Positions 15,237 through 24,342 of a stretch of DNA of 46,835 nt are shown one piece after another. Position numbers and translations under genes: made by a program. Source of the stretch: a virus; IMG/VR virus record IMGVR_UViG_3300028831_000183, positions 1 to 46,835 of that record. One strand, given 5' to 3'. Each line of letters opens with the position of its first letter. Position 1 is the stretch's first letter. A model generated the notes under the pieces. The model worked only from the letters and a program-made list of their open reading frames with translations, did not search any database and was not told the DNA's origin.

Positions 15237-15689
15237 ATGAAATCACTACTTGTGTCTATTGATCCCGGTGGAACGACAGGTTTTTGTGTATTTCAATTTC
15301 CGTCTGGGATTATTACGGAAACATACGCAGTTCACACGGCACTAGAGGTACGTTTCAGCAATCGGCTCTGGTTTCGCTCTTTTTTTCTAAAATATCAGGA
15401 AGAGATAGGAATTATCTTACTAGAGCGCTTTAAGCTGTTTCGCAACCCTAAAACGATGGAAGCGCAAATCAATAGCGAATTTCCGAGTGTACGTATTATC
15501 GGTATTGTTGAAGCACAAGCGGAGATGTACGGATTGTTCGATCGTATTAGATTTCAAGAGCCGGGCGATCGAAAGTCTGCTAACATTCCACGCTATGACT
15601 GGGCAGCAGTAGGACCTAGTGACCATGTAAAAGATGCATATCGACACGCGCGCTACTACACACTAATGCATAGGGAGCAAGCATTGTGA
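15237..15689 (+). CDS. RuvC-like Holliday junction resolvase
   Basis: 150 aa. Motifs VSIDPGGTTGF (first catalytic Asp), LLERF (Glu) and HVKDAYRHARYY (C-terminal Asp/His). Confidence 0.7.
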   Translation: MKSLLVSIDPGGTTGFCVFQFPSGIITETYAVHTALEVRFSNRLWFRSFFLKYQEEIGIILLERFKLFRNPKTMEAQINSEFPSVRIIGIVEAQAEMYGLFDRIRFQEPGDRKSANIPRYDWAAVGPSDHVKDAYRHARYYTLMHREQAL

Positions 15690-15925
15690 GTAGTGAAATG
15701 CAACAGATACCGAAATACCGTGATACGGGTTTGCCGCGCTTAGGCTTTCTATTGTTAGATACAATACTGAAATATGGCAAACCTGTAGCCGTTCGCTGCG
15801 ATTATTGTGGTAAGACTTCCGGACCTTTTTTCTGCATTAGTGTCGGTTGTAGCATTGTACCGACGCCGTTTGCGACTGATATACATCATTTATATGTATC
15901 TCATTGTCAGGAGTGCATGCTGTGA
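15686..15925 (+). CDS. Hypothetical Cys-containing protein
   Basis: 79 aa. GTGA overlap with the RuvC stop and an AGGGAG RBS. Confidence 0.4.
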   Translation: MSSEMQQIPKYRDTGLPRLGFLLLDTILKYGKPVAVRCDYCGKTSGPFFCISVGCSIVPTPFATDIHHLYVSHCQECML

Positions 15926-17337
15926 AAACACTACGTATCTACCAAGAGGAGCCGTATTTTAAGGGTCTAGAAGAGAATTTCTTGCTTGCCGACGATCGCG
16001 GTTTGGGTAAAACGGTCGTTGCAGTTGAAATTGCTAAACGTGTAATGGAATATTTGTACAAACCAGCACTAATCATCGTTCCATTGCATCTAAAGCCCCA
16101 GTGGTGGCAAGAGGTCATCGATCAGGTACCTGATGCGATCGGTATGGATTTAGAGGCGTCAACTCCGTTACCGCAACCTTTTTCGAGCAAGAAGCCATTT
16201 TGGATCATTGCACACTATGAGAGTGTATTGCGGCATTTTAAGACGTTGCAAAAAACACAATGGGCGATTGTAGTAGTAGATGAAGCACACCGCATTAAAA
16301 ACAAAGACGCGCAACGCACAAAAGCGATTAAGCAAATCAAGGCGCGGCACAAGATTGCTCTAACTGGCACGCCGTACGATCGCAATCCGGCTGACATTTG
16401 GAGTATACTAAACTGGTTGCGACCCGATATATTCAAGTCATACTGGGACTTTTTCAGGGCGCATGTCGATTATGAAGGTGATCTAGGCGGCGCGAGAACA
16501 ATCAAAGGCGTACGCGATCCTGAGAAATTCACACGTGCTATCGGGCCGTATGTTATTCAACGCTCCAAACGTGACGTAGCTCCGCAACTGCCGCCCAAAA
16601 TCGAACAGTATATCGACGTACAGATGACAATGGTTCAGCAAGTTCTGTACGATCGTATACGCGAACTAGCGGAGATCGATCTAGCACGTGACGATGGATC
16701 AACGATGCTTGTACCTAATCATTTGGCGCGTATCCTTCGATTGCAACAAGCAGCTGTTGATCCGCGTTTGCTTGGATCAGATGAAAACGGTGGTAAAATC
16801 GATTGGTTGCTCCAATATGTCAACGATAATCCTAACGACACGCTTTTAGTGTTTACGCGCTTTCGAGATACGGCAATCCGTGTTGCACACTTACTAGGCA
16901 TACCACACTATATCGGTGGTAGCGTACTCGAAAACCCACAAGATCACCCGCGTATCGTTGCAACTATCGATGCTGCAAAAGAGGGCCTAAATCTGGGACA
17001 TATTTGGAATACCATTTTCCTCGATTGCCATTGGTCAAGCATTGCCATGACACAAGCAATCGATCGTACGGAACGCGATCTACAAGCGACGGAGCCACGT
17101 GTAATTATGTACCTGGAAGCTGTTGACGGACACGGGCAACCGACGATTGACAGCTTAGTACGGCAAACCCTAGAGGCTAAATGGTCAACTGTTGATCTAG
17201 TTAACGCTTGGTTAAAAGGGGATTTCGCTGGTCTGAAGGGTGCAACTGCACGCGATCTGCAATCCGACGCCGTAGCTGATGCCTGCGCTTTTCCGGCATT
17301 AGAAAGCCATAAAACTTACCTTGACGGACGGTCGTAA
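15922..17337 (+). CDS. SNF2/DEAD-like helicase
   Basis: Motifs LADDRGLGKT, VVVDEAHRIKN (DEAH), LTGTP and a helicase C-terminal QAIDRTER. The GTG at 15922 (AGGAG at 8 nt, GTGA overlap) is preferred over the TTG at 15904. Confidence 0.85.
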   Translation: MKTLRIYQEEPYFKGLEENFLLADDRGLGKTVVAVEIAKRVMEYLYKPALIIVPLHLKPQWWQEVIDQVPDAIGMDLEASTPLPQPFSSKKPFWIIAHYESVLRHFKTLQKTQWAIVVVDEAHRIKNKDAQRTKAIKQIKARHKIALTGTPYDRNPADIWSILNWLRPDIFKSYWDFFRAHVDYEGDLGGARTIKGVRDPEKFTRAIGPYVIQRSKRDVAPQLPPKIEQYIDVQMTMVQQVLYDRIRELAEIDLARDDGSTMLVPNHLARILRLQQAAVDPRLLGSDENGGKIDWLLQYVNDNPNDTLLVFTRFRDTAIRVAHLLGIPHYIGGSVLENPQDHPRIVATIDAAKEGLNLGHIWNTIFLDCHWSSIAMTQAIDRTERDLQATEPRVIMYLEAVDGHGQPTIDSLVRQTLEAKWSTVDLVNAWLKGDFAGLKGATARDLQSDAVADACAFPALESHKTYLDGRS

Positions 17338-17349
17338 CTATGCTATACT
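17321..17349 (+). promoter_or_regulatory. Class A promoter: TTGACG-17-TGcTATACT
   Basis: -35 at 17321-17326, 17-nt spacer, TG at 17341-17342, and TATACT at 17344-17349. It overlaps the SNF2 stop codon. Confidence 0.55.
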
Positions 17350-17391
17350 AGTCGCGATCGAAGTGATCGCAACACGAAAGGGGAACATGCC

Positions 17392-17772
17392 ATGCGAACC
17401 GATCCCGGAATTTTCCTAGCCGACGTCCCAGACACAAATGCGCCGCAGGTGCGCGTGCCAGATGTGTTGAAACGCGATCTTGTCACACCCGACACAATTG
17501 ACGCTAAGAAAGAACACCAAGCGCTCACAAGCCTTGCAAACAGCATTGAATTTCAAGAGTGGCAAGTACGTGATTACGCTGCGTCCGTGTACATGCTTAT
17601 TGACGGCGTAACGCGCGACGATGACTTAGTTGACCCAATTCTTGCACAAACCTATCAGGCGCTTGTAAAGGCCGCTCAACTACTCTCAGAAGGGCGAATG
17701 CATATCTACCGATATGCAAATAAGCTTGACGTGTTAGCACTTGCTGGGCGAGATACTGATCCTACCAAATAA
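17392..17772 (+). CDS. Hypothetical protein
   Basis: 126-aa ORF with a GGGGA RBS. Confidence 0.5.
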   Translation: MRTDPGIFLADVPDTNAPQVRVPDVLKRDLVTPDTIDAKKEHQALTSLANSIEFQEWQVRDYAASVYMLIDGVTRDDDLVDPILAQTYQALVKAAQLLSEGRMHIYRYANKLDVLALAGRDTDPTK

Positions 17773-17872
17773 CGGCTATTTGTTTGTACTGAGCCGTTTA
17801 GATACGGAAACAGAGCAAGCGGATCAAACGTGGAAATCGTCTATCGTGGCTTGCACTAACAGGAGTAGCGTA

Positions 17873-18232
17873 ATGTACAAGGAAATATCGGAACTAGTTA
17901 ACAAAACGCTTACAAGCGTTGTCAACAGTGATAACGAAGAGCTGATTTTTACGACGTTCACGGGCGAGAAGTACAAGCTGTACCATGAGCAAGATTGTTG
18001 TGAATACGTAACGATCGATGAGATCATAGGCGATCTTGACGATCTGGTCGGCGTACCTTTACGCATGGCGGAAGAGGTTAGTAACGAAGATGCGCCTGTG
18101 TTGACAGATGAAGAGTGTTACACATGGACGTTTTACAAGTTTGCTACCGTAAAGGGCTATGTAACCGTACGCTGGTTAGGTATATCTAACGGTTACTACT
18201 CCGAAAGTGTAGACTTTGCGCAAATATCCTAG
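17873..18232 (+). CDS. Hypothetical protein
   Basis: 119 aa from the ATG with an AGGAG RBS. The track start at 17741 overlaps the previous gene. Confidence 0.5.
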   Translation: MYKEISELVNKTLTSVVNSDNEELIFTTFTGEKYKLYHEQDCCEYVTIDEIIGDLDDLVGVPLRMAEEVSNEDAPVLTDEECYTWTFYKFATVKGYVTVRWLGISNGYYSESVDFAQIS

Positions 18233-18243
18233 GAGCGTCTAAC

Positions 18244-18429
18244 GTGTTTCAACCAATTAAAACCTGCTTCGATCAAATCGACGTACTGCTAATCATGGGA
18301 GTTGTTTTCATGTTCTCGAATTGGCTATGGTTAAACACGTTCAAGATACGCTATCGTTACGCTACGCTAGCAGTCACACTTGCGTTTGTGTTTCTTTTAT
18401 ACGTCCGTACGTTTGCGTTTGGGGGGTAG
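18244..18429 (+). CDS. Small membrane protein
   Basis: 61 aa, GTG start with an AGGAG RBS, two hydrophobic helices. Confidence 0.4.
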   Translation: MFQPIKTCFDQIDVLLIMGVVFMFSNWLWLNTFKIRYRYATLAVTLAFVFLLYVRTFAFGG

Positions 18430-18430
18430 C

Positions 18431-19498
18431 ATGCCTGATATACACATTTCTGATGTGCTCGTATTTAAGGATTGTCGCAGGAGATGGGACTTTTCATCGA
18501 TGCTGCGCCGCAATCTAACACCTGTTACGCCGTATGCGCCATTTTTTACAGGAACGGTAATACATGCTGCAATACGCTTGTTGTATTATTACGGCGAAAA
18601 TCCTGTCGGTGCGGTTGATCAAATTGTTGAGCATGAAACGTTCGAGTTACGTCGTGACTATCCGACAATATACACCGCAAATCTGCCGACAATCAACGAG
18701 CAAGCCGATTTGTGTAAGGGTATGCTAGCTCATTATCTACAATGGTCAAATGCATACAACGGACCATTTAACGATCGCGATCTAGACTTCGTGAACGTTG
18801 AACAATCTTTCGATGTGCCACTGCGAACAAATCGCAATTTTATCGCTCGCAACTTGCGCCTTGCAGGGCGATTTGACGGCGTAGTACGCAATCGGCAAGA
18901 TGACAAGCTCTATCTATGGGAGATCAAGACTACACAGCGATCGATAGCACAACGGATTAAGATGCTCGATCTAGAAGAGCAAGCCGACGCATACGCGCTA
19001 GCGGCGCAAGAAATCCTCAAAGAACCGATCGCGGGGATTATTTATACTATCCTCCGAAAAGCGCTCCCTGAAATGCCCGCAGTATTAAAAAACGGCTTGC
19101 TCTCGTTGAATAAGCAGATCGATACGACCGCAGAGCATTATTTGGGGGCAATCCGCGTACATCATACACATCGCGCAACACGCGATTTTATTGCACATTA
19201 CTACGGCGAATTCTTGCAGCACTTACTCGATAACGGCAAGCCGTTTTTTGAGCGTGTCATGATCCGCCGGTCGCAAGCGCAGCTAAAAGCGGCGCGTGAC
19301 GAATTGTACGCAGTTGCACGCGAGATGACAAATCCGCGTGTACCGATCTACCATCACGGTCAACCGGGATGTAATTGGTGCATTTTCCGAGAACCATGTC
19401 TAGCAATCCAAACAGGACAAATCGAATTTGCCGAACAGATGTTAGCGAATAATTACAAACAAAACACGTACCACTTGAAAGGTGACGAAGAACTATGA
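18431..19498 (+). CDS. PD-(D/E)XK nuclease, Cas4/RecB-like with Cys cluster
   Basis: 355 aa. GRFDGV...LWEIKT (D...ExK), one N-terminal Cys (FKDCRRRW) and a C-terminal CNWCIFREPC, as in Cas4-type Fe-S nucleases. Confidence 0.7.
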   Translation: MPDIHISDVLVFKDCRRRWDFSSMLRRNLTPVTPYAPFFTGTVIHAAIRLLYYYGENPVGAVDQIVEHETFELRRDYPTIYTANLPTINEQADLCKGMLAHYLQWSNAYNGPFNDRDLDFVNVEQSFDVPLRTNRNFIARNLRLAGRFDGVVRNRQDDKLYLWEIKTTQRSIAQRIKMLDLEEQADAYALAAQEILKEPIAGIIYTILRKALPEMPAVLKNGLLSLNKQIDTTAEHYLGAIRVHHTHRATRDFIAHYYGEFLQHLLDNGKPFFERVMIRRSQAQLKAARDELYAVAREMTNPRVPIYHHGQPGCNWCIFREPCLAIQTGQIEFAEQMLANNYKQNTYHLKGDEEL

Positions 19499-19585
19499 CA
19501 GTAGAAGAGAAGCGTCTAATTGCTATTTTTATTATTCTCAATATTATCCTACTTGTGCATAAACCATTCTAGTCAGGGCAACAAC

Positions 19586-20431
19586 ATGCAAATCGTCAAT
19601 CTAGATTACACAAAGTACCTTTCCGTGCTAGCGTACGGAAAGCCGGGGAGTGGAAAGACACATTTTCTTGGAACTGCATGCGACGATGACCGATCCTATC
19701 CTGTACTGCACGTTGACGTTTCAGGGAACCCTGAAACGCTTGCAAATCGACGTGATAGCACAAGCCCTAGGAAACTAGGGCGTGTACCATACGTCGTACG
19801 CTTGCAAAAGCTTTCCGAGCTTAACGTGATTTTCGATTGGTTTGACAAGGGGCAACCTGACAGTCACCCAATGGTTGCGAAGGGTTGTACACCAGGATAC
19901 AAAACATTGATATTTGACGGCGTAACGGCGATACAACGCCAATCGTTTAACGTCGTGCTAGGGCAAGATTTACAGCCCGGCGATGTGCCACTAAAGCCGG
20001 AATGGCCGACATACGCCGCCGTATTGCGTCAAATGCTCGTCATTGCATCGTGCTTCTTGCAACAGCTGCGTAATCGAAACATTCATGTCTTGGTTTCGTG
20101 TCTAGAGCACACAGATATACGCTACACGTCGCCTGGCATTGCTGCTACAGCGTACCAGTATACGGAGCCAGGCTTGCAAGGACAGGCCGTCACAGAGCTT
20201 CCGGGTGAAGCGCTTGCAGTGTTGCGCCTGTGCAATCGTGCAGCTGCGCAGATAGAAGTAATAAAAGCGCCTGAAATGCGCAATGCATACACGATTGCAC
20301 AACTGCGTGAAAATAGGTTTGTATATGCGAAGGATCAACACCACTTAGGCGGCATTTCAATCGGTGATAGCATTTACATGGGCGATCCGACAGTACCGAA
20401 ACTGTTAGACGCAATAGGAGCACAAGCATAG
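19586..20431 (+). CDS. AAA_24 / Sak4-like RecA-fold ATPase
   Basis: 281 aa. YGKPGSGKTHF lies close to the N-terminus and a Walker B-like LIFDGV follows. Followed by a DUF669-like gene, a common phage recombination pair. Confidence 0.65.
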   Translation: MQIVNLDYTKYLSVLAYGKPGSGKTHFLGTACDDDRSYPVLHVDVSGNPETLANRRDSTSPRKLGRVPYVVRLQKLSELNVIFDWFDKGQPDSHPMVAKGCTPGYKTLIFDGVTAIQRQSFNVVLGQDLQPGDVPLKPEWPTYAAVLRQMLVIASCFLQQLRNRNIHVLVSCLEHTDIRYTSPGIAATAYQYTEPGLQGQAVTELPGEALAVLRLCNRAAAQIEVIKAPEMRNAYTIAQLRENRFVYAKDQHHLGGISIGDSIYMGDPTVPKLLDAIGAQA

Positions 20432-20520
20432 CAGAAAGGTACCTATCGAAGCATAATCAAATGCGCGGCGCATGCAATAGCCGAAACTAAACAAAAACAC
20501 AACATAAACAGGAGTAAACA

Positions 20521-21045
20521 ATGTCATCTAAAAACAAACCGGAACCGATCGATCCAAGTCTCTTCGTTGATCCGATGGGCGGCGAAGATTATAAGGGTGA
20601 TGCTACCGATACGCCGGAAACGGGGTTCGTGATCGATTTCGCGAAAGTCCCGGACATTAGTGCGCCAGTACCAGCAGGGCAGTATGATGCAACAATCGTC
20701 AAGGCTGAAGCTGGCATAAGTAAAGCCGGCAATCCGATGATCAAGCTGCGCTGGCGCATTGATGACGACGGAGAATACTACCACCGGCAGATATTTGACA
20801 ACCTTGTCTTCACAGAGACCGCGCTATGGCGCGTGCGGCAGTTTCTCGCAGCGATCGGGTATGCCAGCGATTTCAAGGGTGAAATTAATCCCGAAAACTT
20901 GCTAGGCGAGAGTGCGATTATCGCACTCACAATCCAGGCAGGCGAAGGGATCAATCCTGAAACACAAGAGCCATATCCACCGCGCAACAGCATATCGAAG
21001 GTGTTACCACTTGGATCGCGGCGCAAAGTTGACGATCTGCTCTAA
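20521..21045 (+). CDS. DUF669-like protein (putative ssDNA-binding partner of AAA_24)
   Basis: 174 aa. The GQYDATIVKAE...GNPMIKLRWRI...LWRVRQFLAAIG pattern is typical of DUF669. AGGAG RBS. Confidence 0.55.
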   Translation: MSSKNKPEPIDPSLFVDPMGGEDYKGDATDTPETGFVIDFAKVPDISAPVPAGQYDATIVKAEAGISKAGNPMIKLRWRIDDDGEYYHRQIFDNLVFTETALWRVRQFLAAIGYASDFKGEINPENLLGESAIIALTIQAGEGINPETQEPYPPRNSISKVLPLGSRRKVDDLL

Positions 21046-21061
21046 TCGGTAGTCGGACTAG

Positions 21062-21101
21062 CGCGCGTGCTATACAAACGGCGGGCTGTATAGCACGCGC
21101 G
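21062..21101 (+). terminator. 15-bp perfect hairpin after the recombination genes (no U-tract)
   Basis: cgcgcgtgctataca (21062-21076) pairs with tgtatagcacgcgcg (21087-21101), with a 10-nt loop. Confidence 0.45.
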
Positions 21102-21117
21102 AGAAAGAAAATAGATT

Positions 21118-21372
21118 ATGAATGCTGCAAATGAATATTTTTTGTTTCGACAATTTGCAGAATTTGTGCCGTATATTGTAACTGATGCAGATGTAAATAT
21201 GCCAGTTTGCCCGTGTTGCGATCGGATAGATAACACAACACGCATGCGGCGAATAAATACCGCGTATCACAATGATAATGACAATTTGCTTGTGTCTTGC
21301 GCGGCGTGCTATCAAGAAACAATAGATTATTATGCCGAACTAGTAGCAGAGTATTGGGACGGTGTGCTATGA
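21118..21372 (+). CDS. Hypothetical zinc-finger-like protein
   Basis: 84 aa with CPCC...CAAC pairs. Its stop overlaps the next ATG (ATGA). Confidence 0.45.
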   Translation: MNAANEYFLFRQFAEFVPYIVTDADVNMPVCPCCDRIDNTTRMRRINTAYHNDNDNLLVSCAACYQETIDYYAELVAEYWDGVL

Positions 21373-22904
21373 GTAACAATGGATTGATTACCGTCAATCG
21401 ACAAGGTAGAGAAGCGTTTGACGATAACGAGCATGGATACGATGATAGTTACGTACGCGCGCAACGCGATTACAAGCCGCCGCTACTGCGTATGGTTGAT
21501 TTTCGTGTATACGCCGTTTTGGCAATCGCCGGCCTTACGTGTTTTGTCGTCTTTTTCATCATTTACTCGTTGTGGAAATGGCTCTACTGCATGCGCGTAG
21601 AACGCTACTACACGTGTCGGTCGCTAGATGCTGCGGAGCCGATCGGATTTGCCGTTGTATTTTTTCTGCCTATGCTACTTGTGTGTTTGCATCTAGGATT
21701 AAAATACTGGACACGAACGCGCTATGAAAACGCGCTGGCAAATAAAGCAAATCTTGTGCTTGATCGCTATGGGGATCAACAGCCGGCTGATCTTTTCGAT
21801 CGTCTTACAACGCCGCAAGTAGTAGCACTCCTATCCACGCGTTACGAAAGCGCAACAGTAATGGAAACTGCTATCGCGCGGCACAAAATGTATCGCGGCG
21901 TGAATGCGCTTTCGCTCTCGAATAGGACCGATAGCGGAAACACACAGCAAGTGCTTGACACGGACGCAGGCACAACGCTTGTGCCGCTAGAGCCAGACTT
22001 TTGGATACCGATCGCAAACGATCACCCGCATGTCATTCTAGCAGGTGCAACAGGGGAAGGAAAAACTGTCACGGCAAAAGCGATCCTACTGCCGCGTTTG
22101 CAAGCAAACGAATTGCTATTCGTGATCGATCCTCACTCATCGAATTGGTACGGTATTGCTGGACGCGGCGGCGGCGAAGATTGGCATGATGTGGTAAGCG
22201 CAATTAGTGATGTGTTTAACGAGTACAAATCGCGCATCAACGCGCGGCATCAGCATTTACTTGTAACAGAACAGGAAATGCCAGAAGATTATTTTACACG
22301 CTTAAATGTGCTGGTAGATGAAGCATTTTTGATTAAGGAAAATTTGGATCACGGCAGTAGAAAACAAGTTAACTATTGGACGCTGCTTGCTGAAATCATG
22401 GGTAGTGGCGCTCGGAAGATCGGCATATCGCTAATCCTTTTAACACAGACAGCGAATGTAGAGGATTTGGGTTTGTCAGGCCCTTTGCGCCGTAACTTTT
22501 TCCGCATTGCGCTCGATACACAATCAATCAGGCTTATGATCGCGCGAGAGGAAACCGATCACGCGCGCAAAGTGCAGCTATACGAAAGCTTGATCGGCAC
22601 GCAATACCCCGCAACATCAGAAATCGGCGGTCGTATTGAACTGCTAGACCGATCGGGCTTGCTCCCAATGGCTACACAGCATATAGATGCCAAATCCCGC
22701 CTATGGGCGCCGCCGTCCGTCCGTCCCGTAGGTGCAGAAAACGGACGGAACGGCGCCCAGCGGACGGACGGACGGAATATGATCGATCGCCTGGTCGAAC
22801 TCCGTAGTAAAGGAATTTCAAGAGAAGATGCGCGCTTGCAGCATGGGTTGATATTCGAGAATGCCGATTGGACGATTGCAGGACAGATTTTAGGAGAGGA
22901 TTAG
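21369..22904 (+). CDS. Membrane-anchored FtsK/SpoIIIE-like P-loop ATPase
   Basis: 511 aa from the ATG at 21369. Two or three N-terminal TM helices, Walker A LAGATGEGKT and Walker B VLVDEAF. Confidence 0.6.
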   Translation: MSNNGLITVNRQGREAFDDNEHGYDDSYVRAQRDYKPPLLRMVDFRVYAVLAIAGLTCFVVFFIIYSLWKWLYCMRVERYYTCRSLDAAEPIGFAVVFFLPMLLVCLHLGLKYWTRTRYENALANKANLVLDRYGDQQPADLFDRLTTPQVVALLSTRYESATVMETAIARHKMYRGVNALSLSNRTDSGNTQQVLDTDAGTTLVPLEPDFWIPIANDHPHVILAGATGEGKTVTAKAILLPRLQANELLFVIDPHSSNWYGIAGRGGGEDWHDVVSAISDVFNEYKSRINARHQHLLVTEQEMPEDYFTRLNVLVDEAFLIKENLDHGSRKQVNYWTLLAEIMGSGARKIGISLILLTQTANVEDLGLSGPLRRNFFRIALDTQSIRLMIAREETDHARKVQLYESLIGTQYPATSEIGGRIELLDRSGLLPMATQHIDAKSRLWAPPSVRPVGAENGRNGAQRTDGRNMIDRLVELRSKGISREDARLQHGLIFENADWTIAGQILGED

Positions 22905-22947
22905 AAAGCCTCAAAAGAGCTATTTGTGAGCTAACGGGGAGCTAACC

Positions 22948-23598
22948 ATGAGCTATGCAACAGCTACATTGCCAGCTAGGCGTATAATCGAAACCGGATA
23001 TAAAACGCTTGACAGTCTTCTCAAGATCGTTACAACTGTCACATGGATTGCCGTCCAAGTGCCATTACACGGTATTAAAATCTACATGCCTATGTTCCTG
23101 ATCAGTACAGCGGCGGCGTACGCGAGTGCTCAGTTTGCTGGGCACAGCGGCTTGTTCCCATTTCCGCTCGATTATATGCAAGCATTCGCGTACGAGTGGG
23201 TATATATCGGCACACTGGCAATGGTAGGTGTTAAGCGCGGTAGGTGGTACTACGTTGTACTAGGTGCCGGAGCGCTTACGGCAGTCATGTATATTACGAT
23301 GTACTCCGCATACCACTATGAATTAGCACAGCAAATCGATGCAATTCTACCCGAAAACGCGAGACCAGTTTGGCATATCTTAATCACACTTGTGTTAATA
23401 CTTGTGCATGCATTACCATTGACGTTTGTAAACGTCGTATATGGCTTGCTCATTCATCAACACAATCGGGAGATCGCAGACAAGCAACGCGAGATAGAAG
23501 CGCGGCATTACTGTCCATATGGTTGCGGTTACTGGTCGAAAAGTGAGCCAGCTGTGAGAGGGCACAAGGCGCAATGTTCAAAAAGACCGACAAACTAG
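22948..23598 (+). CDS. Polytopic membrane protein with a C-terminal Cys/His zinc-finger-like tail
   Basis: 216 aa with 5 or more hydrophobic helices. The tail reads HYCPYGCGYW...HKAQC. Confidence 0.5.
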   Translation: MSYATATLPARRIIETGYKTLDSLLKIVTTVTWIAVQVPLHGIKIYMPMFLISTAAAYASAQFAGHSGLFPFPLDYMQAFAYEWVYIGTLAMVGVKRGRWYYVVLGAGALTAVMYITMYSAYHYELAQQIDAILPENARPVWHILITLVLILVHALPLTFVNVVYGLLIHQHNREIADKQREIEARHYCPYGCGYWSKSEPAVRGHKAQCSKRPTN

Positions 23599-23612
23599 AG
23601 GAGCTAAAAAAG

Positions 23613-24008
23613 ATGGAAATTAATCGTATCTACCTGAAGGAAACAGGGTTAGCGATGTTTCTAGGCGGCGAAAGCCAGGTATCTGTTTTTCGCGCAATTG
23701 CTAAACGGCCGGGAGGAACGATTTTGCGTGCTGTAGCACGCGAATTACACCGCGACGGCAATAGTACAATCGCGTACACAACTATTGCAACACTCGCTAA
23801 TAAGCTATGCGACAAGGGCATATTGAGGCGAGAGAAGATAAACATGCACGCATACCGCTATCATGCACTTTTCACAGAGCAAGAAATTATTCGGCAAGGT
23901 ATTACATATGTATTTAGGCTCTTCGCAGACCAGTTCCCTAATGATCTAGAATATACGACTAAAACACTACTACACGATACAATGAAAGCAATGTTAAAGG
24001 GTGTGTGA
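23613..24008 (+). CDS. BlaI/MecI/CopY-like winged-helix transcriptional regulator
   Basis: 131 aa from the ATG with a GAGGAG RBS. AYTTIATLANKLCDKGILRREK...YRY matches the Penicillinase_R-family wing pattern. Confidence 0.55.
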   Translation: MEINRIYLKETGLAMFLGGESQVSVFRAIAKRPGGTILRAVARELHRDGNSTIAYTTIATLANKLCDKGILRREKINMHAYRYHALFTEQEIIRQGITYVFRLFADQFPNDLEYTTKTLLHDTMKAMLKGV

Positions 24009-24048
24009 ACGATACCCAAACTGTCTAGTCAAACCGCAGACAATTTAC

Positions 24049-24078
24049 TAGTTCGTGCGCAACGTCAAATGATATACA
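24049..24078 (+). promoter_or_regulatory. Class B-like promoter: acTAGTTC-N18-TGaTATACA
   Basis: TAG at 24049-24051, TG at 24070-24071, TATACA at 24073-24078. The TAG-to-(-10) distance (24 nt) is the same as at 12296 and 27010. Confidence 0.4.
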
Positions 24079-24117
24079 ATCGACTATGCGCATATATAGA
24101 GCAAAGGGCAAAAACAA

Positions 24118-24342
24118 GTGCCGATTTATAGAAAATTGTATATAGATCGTAATATCTCACCAGATGCGAAATCCGCATTAGCAAGAGATTTTAGGCGCAC
24201 AATATACTCCGAAATGTTACGACATAAGGGTATACGTGTAGCAGAGAACCATGTATTCATTATAACATCGACACATACTAAATTTACCCCACAGAAAATA
24301 ATCTATACATATGCTGCTACCATCATGGGGATTGCACAATGA
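24118..24342 (+). CDS. Hypothetical protein
   Basis: 74 aa with a GTG start. Its stop overlaps the polymerase ATG (ATGA). Confidence 0.4.
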   Translation: MPIYRKLYIDRNISPDAKSALARDFRRTIYSEMLRHKGIRVAENHVFIITSTHTKFTPQKIIYTYAATIMGIAQ

